DNA from: Klebsormidium nitens
Lineage: Eukaryota > Plantae > Klebsormidiophyceae
Length of the DNA: 64,000 nucleotides
Direction of reading: 5' to 3'
Assembly (NCBI GenBank): GCA_000708835.1
Contig: DF237180.1
Location: forward strand, 1-64,000
Under the pieces are notes generated by a model. The model worked only from the letters and a program-made list of their open reading frames with translations. It had not been told where the DNA came from and did no database searches. This document shows, piece after piece, positions 25,901-37,092 of this stretch; positions within the stretch are counted from its first letter, which is position 1, and each line of letters starts with the position of its first letter. The translations under genes and the position numbers were made by a program.

Positions 25901-28900
25901 GCAAATCTTTCTTTTCTGATAACCCTTTGCCGACATGGACGAATCTTGTCGTTCCTTGCAGAGCGCAAGACGAGCGACTGGCCGCGGAAAACAAGGTGTT
26001 CGACTTGGAGGCAGACCTGGAGGACTCGCAAACAAGGAATCAGCAAGCGGTAAGAACCGCAATCGTTACGTCCAGCACCTGTCGAAGGCCTGGAAATTCA
26101 ACATCAAGCATTACGTCACGAGTGCATGGTTTCACCGCTTGTTGGGAGCTCGAGAGAAGCATGAGCGGACCTGTGCAGATGGGTCTGTTTATGTCAAAAG
26201 AGGATAAAAAGCACGGTGTTCCCTTCCAAGATTTCATCTGCTCTTGATGTTTTCTGAGCGGTGACGGCCCTGTGCATCGTTTGGACATCGTGAAGATGCA
26301 ACAGCGCTGGTTGAGGTTTACGGGACCAGCTTCTATTCAAGATTTGAAGCATGTCCTTGCCTGGTAGAATGTTTTAACAATCGAGATTCGTGTTTGCCCG
26401 GAGGAAATGCCCTCGGATTTCATGCGGCTCAATGTCGACAAATTAGATCTTACGGTGCGCGTCGACCGACAAGCTGCAAAAAGCTTTCCAGATTACTTAG
26501 CCAATGGGACAGCTTTTCAGATCCACTTGGTAACCCAAGGTACATACCAGAAGAATAATATGGCTTGAAAAGTACCGTACCTCCTACCTGTCCGTACTTC
26601 AGAGGCAACACTGGAGGCCAAGTAGGTTTTCGGTCGACGCGCAACCTTATGGATGTTTATGCCGCGCACAGCTGGCGGGCCTGCGGCGCGTGGTGGAGAA
26701 GCGCGAGGAGATGCTGCTGCAGCGGTCGCTGTGGGAGAACCGGGTGCAGGCGGACATCGACGCGATCCAGCGCGCGGAGCGCGAGCGCGACCTGCGCACG
26801 AAGCTGGTCATCAACTCCTTCCACAGCGTCAAGGCGCACGTCAGCGTGAGCATAGTCATTGAGTTTTTTTCCGCTTTAAAGGTGAAATCGCACTCGCCAA
26901 GGTTAACAAATCTTTTCGCGCTTCGAAACCCTGAGGACTAACAATAAAACCCCTGGACGCTCGAACCATTTTTTCGCTTGCACGACGTGAGCTGCTCATT
27001 TTTCTCCTAGATTCGTTTCGTAATAGCCAGCTTTTCCCCAATAGAGCAGGGATGGTTTCATTCGGTATGATGCCCAGAAGATCGGTAAGGCCCGTCGCGT
27101 CTCGGCAGACAGGTCCGTCGGCGCTCAGCAGAAACTGCCAAGGGATGCGACTTTCAAGCCTGAGCATTCGATGCTAGGAATCTCGTCTCGAGAAAAGGCT
27201 TATTACCACGCTGCTGCGGCAAAAGGACCGTATCAAGCGGACTTCGATCCGAAAGCCTCCAAGCGCTCAGGTTTCAGAAATTCAAATTCTTTCTGTTACC
27301 CTTGGCACAAGTGCCAACGCTGCCAATAACTCCAATCGCCACAAGGATTACTCACCCTCTGTTCTCTCAAAGATGACTCTCTATCGCATCATCTTGTTCA
27401 GTCACTTCCCGCTCCTTTTGAGCTTCCTGTACTTACGTTCAATCGAAGCCAGCAGTAGCTGACCTCCAGCAAAGAAAAATGACGAAGAGGACGAGCTCTT
27501 CGCGTCACTCTTGTCTGAACTTCCCCCGTCTGATGAATCCTTGCGCTCAAGTTGATTCTTATCTCCACTCTTGCAGCACCAGAGCGCCAAGGAGAAGGCG
27601 GAGGACTACGAGGAGCGGCTACGGAAGGTGGAGCAGTCGACGGGGCTGCACATCGACTTGCGGAACGTGGGGGATGTCGTCGATCTAGTTATGCGCCAGC
27701 GCAAGCTCAAGGACCTCCAGGTGCGGGCCCTCACCTCACCGTCTTTCTGCAATCGTGCTTAGGGGCTGGTATTCTTGTCCGTATTTGGTTGTTTGTCGTT
27801 TTTGCACGTCATATGTACAAATCAGACTGAACCCCTACTCCGTGAAATAAAATGAATATGCAAAGTAGACCTAGCCAGGCACCAGCACAACCTCAAGGAT
27901 TCGCAGCACGACCCCTTATCACGACTCCTTGCATTCTATCCAGCTGCATCAACCCCCCCGAAGCCGTCGTGAGCTGCTTCTTCACCAGTTCTTTGCCTGT
28001 TGCTTCTGACCCCAAAACTACGATTCTGTTCATCTGAGTGGTATTTAAGTGGGCGTGAGATGTCTTGGTTGCCACGAACTACACTAGTCAAAAGTTTGTG
28101 GCCCAACCGAAGCATGAGATGCAGCTTTTTATGCGCCTAGAGCTCGAATTCTGGTCGCTGCAGGTGGACAAGGTGCGCGGCGAGGCGCGGCGCGAGGCGC
28201 TCGCGGAGGAGCTGCGCGAGCTGCACGCGGTAGTGTGGTCGCTGGCGAACGTCCCCGAGCGCAGCTCCAAGATGCTCGACGAGTTCACGGGGCCCATGCG
28301 CCGCGCGGAGGCGCGCGCGGAGAGGGCCGCGCGCGACGTGGAGACGCACACCACGCTCGCGCTCAAGCTCAAGAGCTGGCTGCGCAACCTGATGGAGAAG
28401 CTCGCAACGGTGGACGTGAGTCGCACCGAATTGCTCCGACTAAACGCTGTTTGTTGGATGGACATCTGCTCGATCCCGCCCAGAAATCTCCGGCTAGCTC
28501 AAGCGTTTCTGGTACCATGATTGTACCTTCGGAAGAGCAAAGCGCATATGCAAGACGCTAATGTCAGGTGGATCTGTTTGACTGTAGTATTCTCTTACAT
28601 ACCAGGTGACTGCTTTTGGTCGATGCCCAGGACAAGAACGGATTGACCCCGGATATTCGCTTAAACCTTAACAATGCTGGTAATCTTAGTAAATGACGGA
28701 AGTAACCCAACGGCTCACGTTGCCTCTCTTGCTAAACGATTCACGTCTATTGAGACCAGTGAAGTCCCATTTTTTCCACCTGATGCACTCTTTCTAGACG
28801 GCTCCTTCTGACGCTCTTAAACGTCCACCGTTGCTCAAACGGGCCGATCCATTTCGCTCGTCCACCTCAGAGACTCAGATCAATCCCCAGAGTACGATTC

Positions 28901-31900
28901 GAGTAGTCTTCTCCTTCCTGGATCAAACAGAACCTTGAAGGCGGTAAGTCCTCAAAGCCTAAGCACTCAAGTATGGAACGAAAACCCAGCTCTTTGAATG
29001 CTGGTGGGTGAGTCACCGGCTCAACAGCCAGAAGACCCTCAAACCCCATAGATCCTCGATATCCTGAAAAACAAAATGATACACCATCTTTCAGATGCTG
29101 GTGGGAAACGACCGGCGCAACAGCCAACCGGACTCGGTGCCCGCCCCGGCTGGGCCCCCTGTGCATCTCACCATGGCGGACGCTGACCTGATCAAGGCGG
29201 TCGAAACCCTGGAGAACCGCCTGTACCGCTGCCTCCTGATCGCCTCCGCTCCGACAGACGCGGGCGGCGATACCGGCCGGGACCCTAGAACTCCGAGGTA
29301 CCACTCTGCGATTTGATTTCGGCACCTTCGACGCCGAAAAGCTGATTATGAAACTTTCTCTCCTTTCGGCAGACCTGGTGTTACCTGCTAAACAACACCG
29401 TTATCGATCATTATCGCTCCAAACTATTTTCCGGCGGAGTTCGGCAGGGCACATCATTATGTATCTTTTGCCGAAATGACGTAGCAGTACGGTATGTGTG
29501 GAGAAGGTGGGTGACTGCTGAGGTTCATCGGAGGAAGCACGGCACGTTTTGGCAGCGACTAGAATGACCACGTCATTCGGTTGCGTCGGCGACTGCACTG
29601 ACGCGAGCGCCGTTTTGCAAAGGTGCCAGAGACTGAGTGCTTGAAGAAACGATGTCAGATGCGTCCGGCGGCCGATCAGGGAAGAGCTGCTTGTTTTGCT
29701 AGTGATTGCACGTCTCTTTGCGGTTGTCCTCGTCTTGCGTAGCTTATGGTTCTATCCATTCTAGGGATACTCCAGCGAATTTGGACTAATAGAAGCATGT
29801 GAATGGTCACAAAGCTATGGCCACGGGCTGCTCATGGAGCCCCCGAAGCCTCGTGAAATCGAAGCTCGCCCATTGTCAAACGTCCTTTACCATTTTGATT
29901 AGCCCACCTTAAGTTCGTTACCGCCCGTTTTCTTCATCCCCAGAATGGCACGGCAGTCTGTTTTCCCCACCCCTATCGCGAGCCCCCGGTCCAACGCTCC
30001 GACCTCACCTCGAAACGCACAAAAGACCCCGATGTTGAGCCCCATGGCGTCCTTCGCAAGGCGGTTCGACAAACTTCTAGAATCCAGTCAGTCGGGGGGG
30101 TCCGATGACACCAACCAACCCTCCAGTCTAGACGCCAGTGTAAGAAGCTCTCTCAGAAGTACGGGGTCCCTAGCCGCTTCGATTACCGGACCTCTCCTTT
30201 CCTCGAGCACGGGTTCTCTTTTTGCCTCGACTACCGGTTCCCTTCTTGGGTCCATTTTGGAGGGAATTGTTTCGTCCGTGGACGACGGAAAGGAAGCGAC
30301 GCGAGAAGCCTCCGAACCGTCCGTTCCGGGACCGGCCGAGGCAGACCGGAAAACGGAAAGCACAGGAAAGATCGCGCCCACCAGTGGAAAACTCCGGGCG
30401 ACCCTCCGACCCAAGCTGGCGGCGGTCACGACGCTGTTGAGGCCGAAGACGGCAACAACACGTGGCAGCCTTTCCGCGACGACACGTGTTAACGGAACAC
30501 CCCGAGCCGCGGCCGGCAGGCCGCCGCCTCCCCCCGGCAAAACCTCCCAGCCCCAGACGCCCCGGCTGGCTTCATCTCGAACCACCCCGGATGGGCTCGA
30601 AACCCACACGCAAACCCAACCCATAACCCCGAGCCCTGTGCAGACCGCGCGCGCGCTTCGAACCGGGTTGATGAGCGCGAGACCCCGGGTTACGCTTGAA
30701 GTGAATTTGTTGGGTTCCGAAACGACCGGAAGGACGCCCCGAGACGGGGACGCTCCCGCTGGCGGCACGCGACGACGGCCGGCGAGCGCGCACCCGCTGC
30801 TGCAGGCCGCGACGACGCAGCTGCAGACGCTGAAGCCGGAGCAACTAGAGGTGCGGCCTTTTGCGAGGACTTCTCCAAATTGAGCAGCTGCTCTCGGAGA
30901 GTTTGGCGTAGTCGGCACAAGAATATCACGTCTATCAAACCTGTTTTTCACACTTGATGATGTACTGGAAGACACAGTCTCAAACAGACCAGCTACGCGC
31001 AATAGCCTGTGTTATCGTGTTAAAAATCGTGTTCGTGTCTGAAGCACAATTAAACGTGCAAAAACAAACTGAAGAGCCCATTCGCGTTGCGTCAATGACC
31101 GCGAACGGATTTGACAGACACGCTTCCGACCACTATCTTCAAAAAGTGCAAGACTATTTCAAGAGACGCGGTAAAAGTCGTCACTCAAAGGCAGTTGCTG
31201 GTAATTACTTCGCGACATCCCTTACGCACGCCCTTTCGGAAGCAGCGCGACTGACGCCCGGCTCGTCCCTTCCAGGCGCTAGTACTTGGTCAAAGCACCC
31301 CACGCGACGTCGCGCTCGACCTGCTTTCACGCCCAGGTGGAAACAACTGGCGGCTGGACCAGAAGATCAGGTCAGCAGGTTTTAGTGTTGCGCTCTCATT
31401 TGAACACAAATATGCCGGGACCCGTCAGGCTCTCGGACGTACGAAGAGCTCTCACGTCGAGCTTCAGTCAGGGTGTTTCGAACGCCATGTCCAGAAGCTA
31501 AATACAAGAATCTTCGGACTTGCAACTTTTCGCGCTGAGCTGGTTGCCAGAAGTCTCTCTCTGAAAGTAGAAAATATTCGGACCTTCCACTACCTCGGCG
31601 AACTTGATTGTTGCTGTGAGATTGCGTCATTCATTCCGGCCACGAAATACTGGCAACGTTTTATGTAATCACTAATCACTGCTTTCCATAGAAGACACGA
31701 TCACCGAGACAACCCGTTTGCAGGCCGTTTGCGCTTTGAGACGGTCGGGAGAACAACGCAAGGTCCCCGGTAGGCCTTGTCCGGGGGTTCTGGGTTTTCA
31801 TTAAGAGTGCGCTTCCTGCAGGAATTTGCGAGAGTGCTTCATGACGGGGCCCAATGCCGAGGACGCAAACGACTCGGAGAACCGGGCGGCGATGGCCCGA

Positions 31901-32632
31901 TCGCGGTCGGCTCGGCGGAGCGCTGTCATGAAGTCACGGGAAAAGGTCGGCCTGCATGATCACTCACCTTGATTGAGCGGCACTTCTCTGGATCGACGTT
32001 CGCTGTTTGTTTCAGGCTTAGACTGCCTTCCTGTGCCTGTGTTTCTGGGACCTGCACTAATATTCATGCACTCGAAGTTGCAGACGACTTGACATAAAAA
32101 ATCGGCTGGTTCTGCACAGGGACATCAGATTCAAAAGTCCTGGAGAATCGAAGACCGTTGAAGCCCTCGCTGCGGATAGCACTGTATCCTGTTGAACCCT
32201 CGGATTTGCGGCCGTCATTACCGTTGCTTCCTTGCATCCGATCATTTAAGGCCTCGTCGACTACGTGACCGTCGCGAGTTGGCGGCCGAGCTTTCAACTC
32301 TCATGGGGCGACTCTGAATATTCACGCAGCACTAAAAGGTCCTCGCGCAAAAATGTGATTTTTCTTATCGTAATCGTGACGCCATCCAATCCGCCCACGT
32401 CGTGCAGACGTTGTTGGACGACGAGGTGGTTTTGGAGCGGGAAGACATCAAGCAGCAGTCGGCCAAGATCATGGACCTGCTGCGGGTGGCCGAGAAGAAG
32501 TGGGAGGACGACGAGAGGAGGGCGCAGGAGTCGGAGCGCGATCGGGTCGAGGCGGCCGCGCTGAACGGGAAGGACAGAACCGCGCAGATGCTTAACCGGC
32601 TGGCCCGGCCCAAGAAGCTCAGCAGATCATGA
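22910..32632 (+). CDS. Large coiled-coil protein (~1000 aa, 14 exons), outer-dynein-arm docking-complex-like (ODAD/CCDC151-CCDC114 type, tentative)
   Basis: join(22910-23398,23582-23689,24529-24605,24874-24934,25408-25472,25962-26049,26672-26845,27577-27720,28164-28415,29095-29297,29944-30850,31276-31370,31822-31945,32408-32632), phases consistent. Long heptad regions; C-terminal NNWRL and VVLEREDIKQQSAKIM resemble ODA-DC motifs. Gene model is stronger than the family call. Confidence 0.6.
30161..30256 (+). repeat. Coding tandem repeat, 24-nt unit x4 (TGSLAASI/TGPLLSSS/TGSLFAST/TGSLLGSI)
   Basis: Visible in the Ser/Thr/Pro-rich exon 29944-30850. Confidence 0.75.
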
Positions 32633-34777
32633 GGTCAAGTAAATCAGAACCGCGGCACGCAAGATTTGGTTGAGAGAATTGTACATAATCGGTATGAGCA
32701 CGCGTCTTGCTTCCTCCATTGTTTCCCCAAAATCTTTTGAGCTTTGTTGTCGATCTTTCTCTGAGCGTTGATACCGGACCTGGTATTCTGCCGACGTTGA
32801 TCGCGCGGCTCCCAGCGCACCTAAGCATACACTGGCCAATGAGACATGCCTTGGCATGCTCATCATCTGGTTTTCAGGTACAATCATCAAAGACATCAGA
32901 AACTTGAAAGCAGCAGCTTTGCTCTCGTTTGTACTCAGAGTTACCTATGCATGCCCTGCACTTATTAAAGCTAAGTCAGTGCCCACAGACATGCCTGCGG
33001 CCAAGCAATGACTGGCACATGCCACCGCGACCATACAGAATATCTAGAGCAAGGACTTGACAACCCGTAGCGTGCTCATCAAACTGAAGAGCGGTCTTAC
33101 CGAGCTGTTTGCAAGGCTTTTGCTGAAGGGTGGCAGCTAGTGTTGTGACGTCTTTTCTGTTTCTTGCCATGAATCGCGTCGGCTGCACGACGGTACTGCA
33201 TATATAGCTGTGGGCTTGCAGGGAATCTCATGTGCCTCATGGCTTACAATTAGCAGCATAGCGTTGTTGAAGATGCGTGCAGGCCCGCCCCTAACTTTTT
33301 AGAGAAATCCGAGTGCCCCACCTGTCAGAGAAAGATTGCTTTGCAGGATGAGGCAGAATTTACCGTCGATGGCAGTTTATCGTAACTTCCGCCGTTCGAT
33401 GGACGTTGACGAGGGGGCGGGTGGGCCGGTGCCCACCCGGTGGTGGTGATTTGTGAATTTCGACCTAGTGTCAGAAACGTGTCAGAAATCGTACTACCGT
33501 ACGGTAATATTGTCATAGTTCGTACCAATCTGTCAGAACACTCAACTTTTTGTACGGTTAAGTTCACCGTCACCGCGATACCTTTACGCGGGAGCCATTG
33601 CACCGGGATGTAATTTGAGTTCTACGTGAGTCGCAATTTAGCGTCAACCGGGCAAAGCTGGAAGTCAAATCATAAAAATCTATGCCGCAAACGGCGGGAC
33701 TTTGCCGGCTGGTACGATGTAGACTGCTAGTATAGGCTGGCTTTGACCCCCCGCGCGAAATTTGTTATCTGAGTACCCGGTCCCCGTAGTGGACCGGGTA
33801 TCGATCGTAGGGTACCGTGCAACGTTCCCAGCACTTCAGGTTACGTAGCCCTTGACAGTCAATCGACGGCCACCGTGAGAGATAAGATGCATCTACGGCG
33901 GTTTGTGCCTCATCCTGCAAAGAAATCTAAGTCTGACAGGTGGGCCTGAAACTGGCCTTGGTCGCCGCAAGTGGGCGGGGTTGTGGCATTCTTCTACAAC
34001 GCTATGAGGCTCCCTCGCGACGCGAGCCATGTATCATAGTATATCGATCAAGCTTGCCAGCTCGGGCTCAGTCAAAACATCACGACCTTCAGCATGTGGA
34101 AGATGCTCACGACATGGATGTAAATACCTGAAATCGTTGGCCGAAGATCGAGTTCAATTTTCTAAAAGTCGGATATTCACTATAGCTCGCGAGCACGCGC
34201 GTGTAATCATGGCGGCCGCTGTCCATGGAAGCTTGCGAACCGTGCATGGCTTATGCAGGTTCATGCGCACAGATCTGCATGCGCGGCCGCGACGGCTCAC
34301 GGTCATATCTTGCTGGCACCCACGGCAGCAGCAATGACCCTTGCTTAAGAATGACCGGCAACGATTGCTGCAGCCGAGCTATGCAACGCACACAGTCTGA
34401 CTCTTGATCGAAAACCTACACAATGATCCTGGGGCCATCGAAATAAGCTTCAGCTTGTCACGTGTTGAGTTGCAGGGTAAAGCTCTGTGTGCATATGGGT
34501 GAGAAGAATACCTTGCCACGCTCCAAATGCTTTTCGGGCTTCTGGAAGGCATTCTCGACCAATCCGTATTGCATTTCTAACTACTCTCTGTACAACTACC
34601 AAGCGCTATGTCAGGTCTCCGGAAGCTTGTTGCTATTGCCTGAGCTGATCGTGTTTATGACGGATGCAGTCGCATCTCTTCCTTCTCAAAACCTTCCATA
34701 CTTGGGCCACCAGTAGGCGGCTGACCATTCCGAGGTCTGTCAGAACGACTAGACTGTTGAGCGTTGGCCAAGAAAGC

Positions 34778-36601
34778 CTAATGCAAAACGCCAAGTAGAT
34801 CATCGTCCCGGAAGAGGAAGTACCTGCAAAAGTACCGGCTAGACATCAGTCCCAAGTGATCAAGCTCCAACGGTGCAGCAAGTCGACGTTTGACAAGCGC
34901 GAGGTCAGATTAGAAAGTGGGCCAGCACCTGCCAGTAAAACTACGAGTTGGAAACACTTTCCGATTGCTATTATTAAAGGCGTTCTGTACAGGTCCGCAT
35001 GGGCGGCATAGCTCTGCTGTACTGACCTGCTTGCTCACAACTCAAACACAGATTAACCCCAACGATATTGTGGCGGCCAGTATGATGAAGTGCATGCCCA
35101 AGTCTAACTGCTAGCTCACAAACTTGCAGCCAGACTGCCTGCATATATTTGACAATGAGGAACCTTCCAGCGAAAGCGGGTTCCCAACTGTCAGGATAGG
35201 GCCTGAGCTTCAAAATGGAGAGATCTTCATGGGCCTGGACAAGCCCTGACCTTTCCGCAACCATAAAAAGAATCTGCCCTGCCCTGCAAAAACCCACTCA
35301 TGGGCTCTCCGACTGAGTCTTCCATCAGAAGCGATCATGGGGACACAATCCGCGGTCTCAACAGTTCCTGGCCGCCCCCTCTCAATTGCCTAAGCTAAAC
35401 GCAGCCGGAAAACAGAGGTACTCACTCCTTCTCCCCCAGCTTCACTTGTGAACCCCCATACTCTGGCAAGAGCACGGAGTCTCCCTCCTTTACGCTGACT
35501 GGTATAACCTCCCCGTCCTTCGTTCTAAGCCCCGGGCCTACAGCAATGACGCGTGCCTCATTTATCTGCAGCATAAGTCAAGGTGTGTCAACAGGTATAC
35601 CAAAGGTGAAGCGATATGGTACTGATGCAGGGTAAGGCTACCTGTGAAGTGCCCTTCTAGATCAATTCCAGTCCGTTATTGATCAATTCCAGTCCGTTAT
35701 TGATCTTGGTGGTCCAGACAAAGAGCATCTACGCATTGAATGCCACCACTCAGCTCTGTGTTTATCCATTCTCAAGGACAGTAAGTGAGCGCCTTAGGCA
35801 ATTCCATCAGTGGTTGAGGATTCTCGACGCTTTTAATTCCTACTTGTCAGCACAAAACCGGCAAGGCATCGAGTGTCAGGATACCAGATTCAACAGAACG
35901 GCACTGATTAGTTTTCACAGAGGAAGTGAAAGATCATCCAGCAAAGTCGGTTGGCCTGTTCCTGATGTCTGCAGTGCAAGGTTGACCACAGGCTCTGAGA
36001 CACAGCTACTTATAATGCAACTTTAAAGAGCCTGAAGAAATAATGCCTGCGCGAAGAGAAGCAGAAACGCAGGCCAGCTCAAACACGAAATGAAAATCAT
36101 GTATGATGGCTTGGTGGTAATATGTACGAAAGCACCATTACCATATTCACGCCTCAAACAAACGTTGAACACCCAACAAGTTTCACAAAAGATATCATTT
36201 GAAGCGGACCAGAAGTTTGCAGATGCTGTGCCTGATCAACAAGACTCTAAGCAGAGCGCCTCTTCAACAGAAGAAGGCTCCGTTCATTGCAGATGCATTC
36301 AGGAGCTGAAAGAAGCAAAGATGCAGTATCCGAGCACGAGATAGTCGCACGTTCGCCAGCATTGCAAGCAAACTGTTATGTGTTGGTCTCATTGCAGGAT
36401 CAACAGATACTGACGGCTGATTGTACTCGAATGTCTTGTCAACACACCACGATAAGAGAGAACAAGGGCATCTGCTGGCCATACCTTGGTAGCAGACTCT
36501 GGCAGCAGCACACCACCAATCGACTTTGCTGGGGCCGTGACTTTCTCTACGAGGACCCTGTTCAACAAAGGCACGAGCTTCTTCGCCCCTGCAGCCGCCA
36601 T
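34778..36601 (-). CDS. CPN10: 10-kDa chaperonin, mitochondrial-type Cpn10/HSP10 (100 aa, 3 exons)
   Basis: join(36601-36485,35565-35426,34823-34778): MAAAGAKKLVPLLNRVLVEKVTAPAKSIGGVLLPESATK-INEARVIAVGPGLRTKDGEVIPVSVKEGDSVLLPEYGGSQVKLGEKE-YFLFRDDDLLGVLH*. Confidence 0.96.
35660..35705. repeat. Perfect 21-bp tandem duplication in CPN10 intron 1
   Basis: GATCAATTCCAGTCCGTTATT x2 followed by GATC. Confidence 0.9.
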
Positions 36602-37092
36602 CTGTGACCAGGTTGTTTCTTCAGAAGAGCCACTAAAGCGTGCGATACAAACTCAATTCCAGAATCTGGCTTTCGCTGGAGGCAGGCTTTCCTTCGAAAG
36701 TTGTCAATGTGACTTCAAGTTCAAGTTGAAGTTCTGTTCTCTTCTCTTTCCCTTTCGCTTCTCCTTCGTCTCCCCCGTGCTCTTTCTTGCTCAAGGCTGG
36801 CCACTGAACATTCCCCCCTGTGTGCAATCAGACAATTCAAACACCCCCAGGGCCGAGTTGCTTGGCCCCTCAAGTCGAGTCAATTGTATACATCCATACC
36901 TGGTTCAGAAGTTGGAACCGAAAGCGGGGGGGACCTACGCCACATTTGCGTCCTACGTGGGGGCCCTTATCGTCGTAACCTGCGCATTGAATGTCGTGAC
37001 CAGATTCCAGAATCTTCCTCCTGGTCAGAGCCAGATTCAAGTGATCTCTTCCAAAACCGCCTATTTTCCGCTTCTTGCCGCATTCTAGCGTC

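Noticed and set aside
30088-31002. 304-aa minus-strand ORF
   Set aside because: Antisense to the Ser/Thr/Pro-rich exon 29944-30850; GC-rich sequence lacks stops.
33418-33470. Helitron 3' terminus (hairpin followed by CTAG|T)
   Set aside because: The hairpin lies about 26 nt from the CTAG rather than the usual 10-15, and no 5' TC end or RepHel remnant was seen; kept only as part of a structured-region finding.
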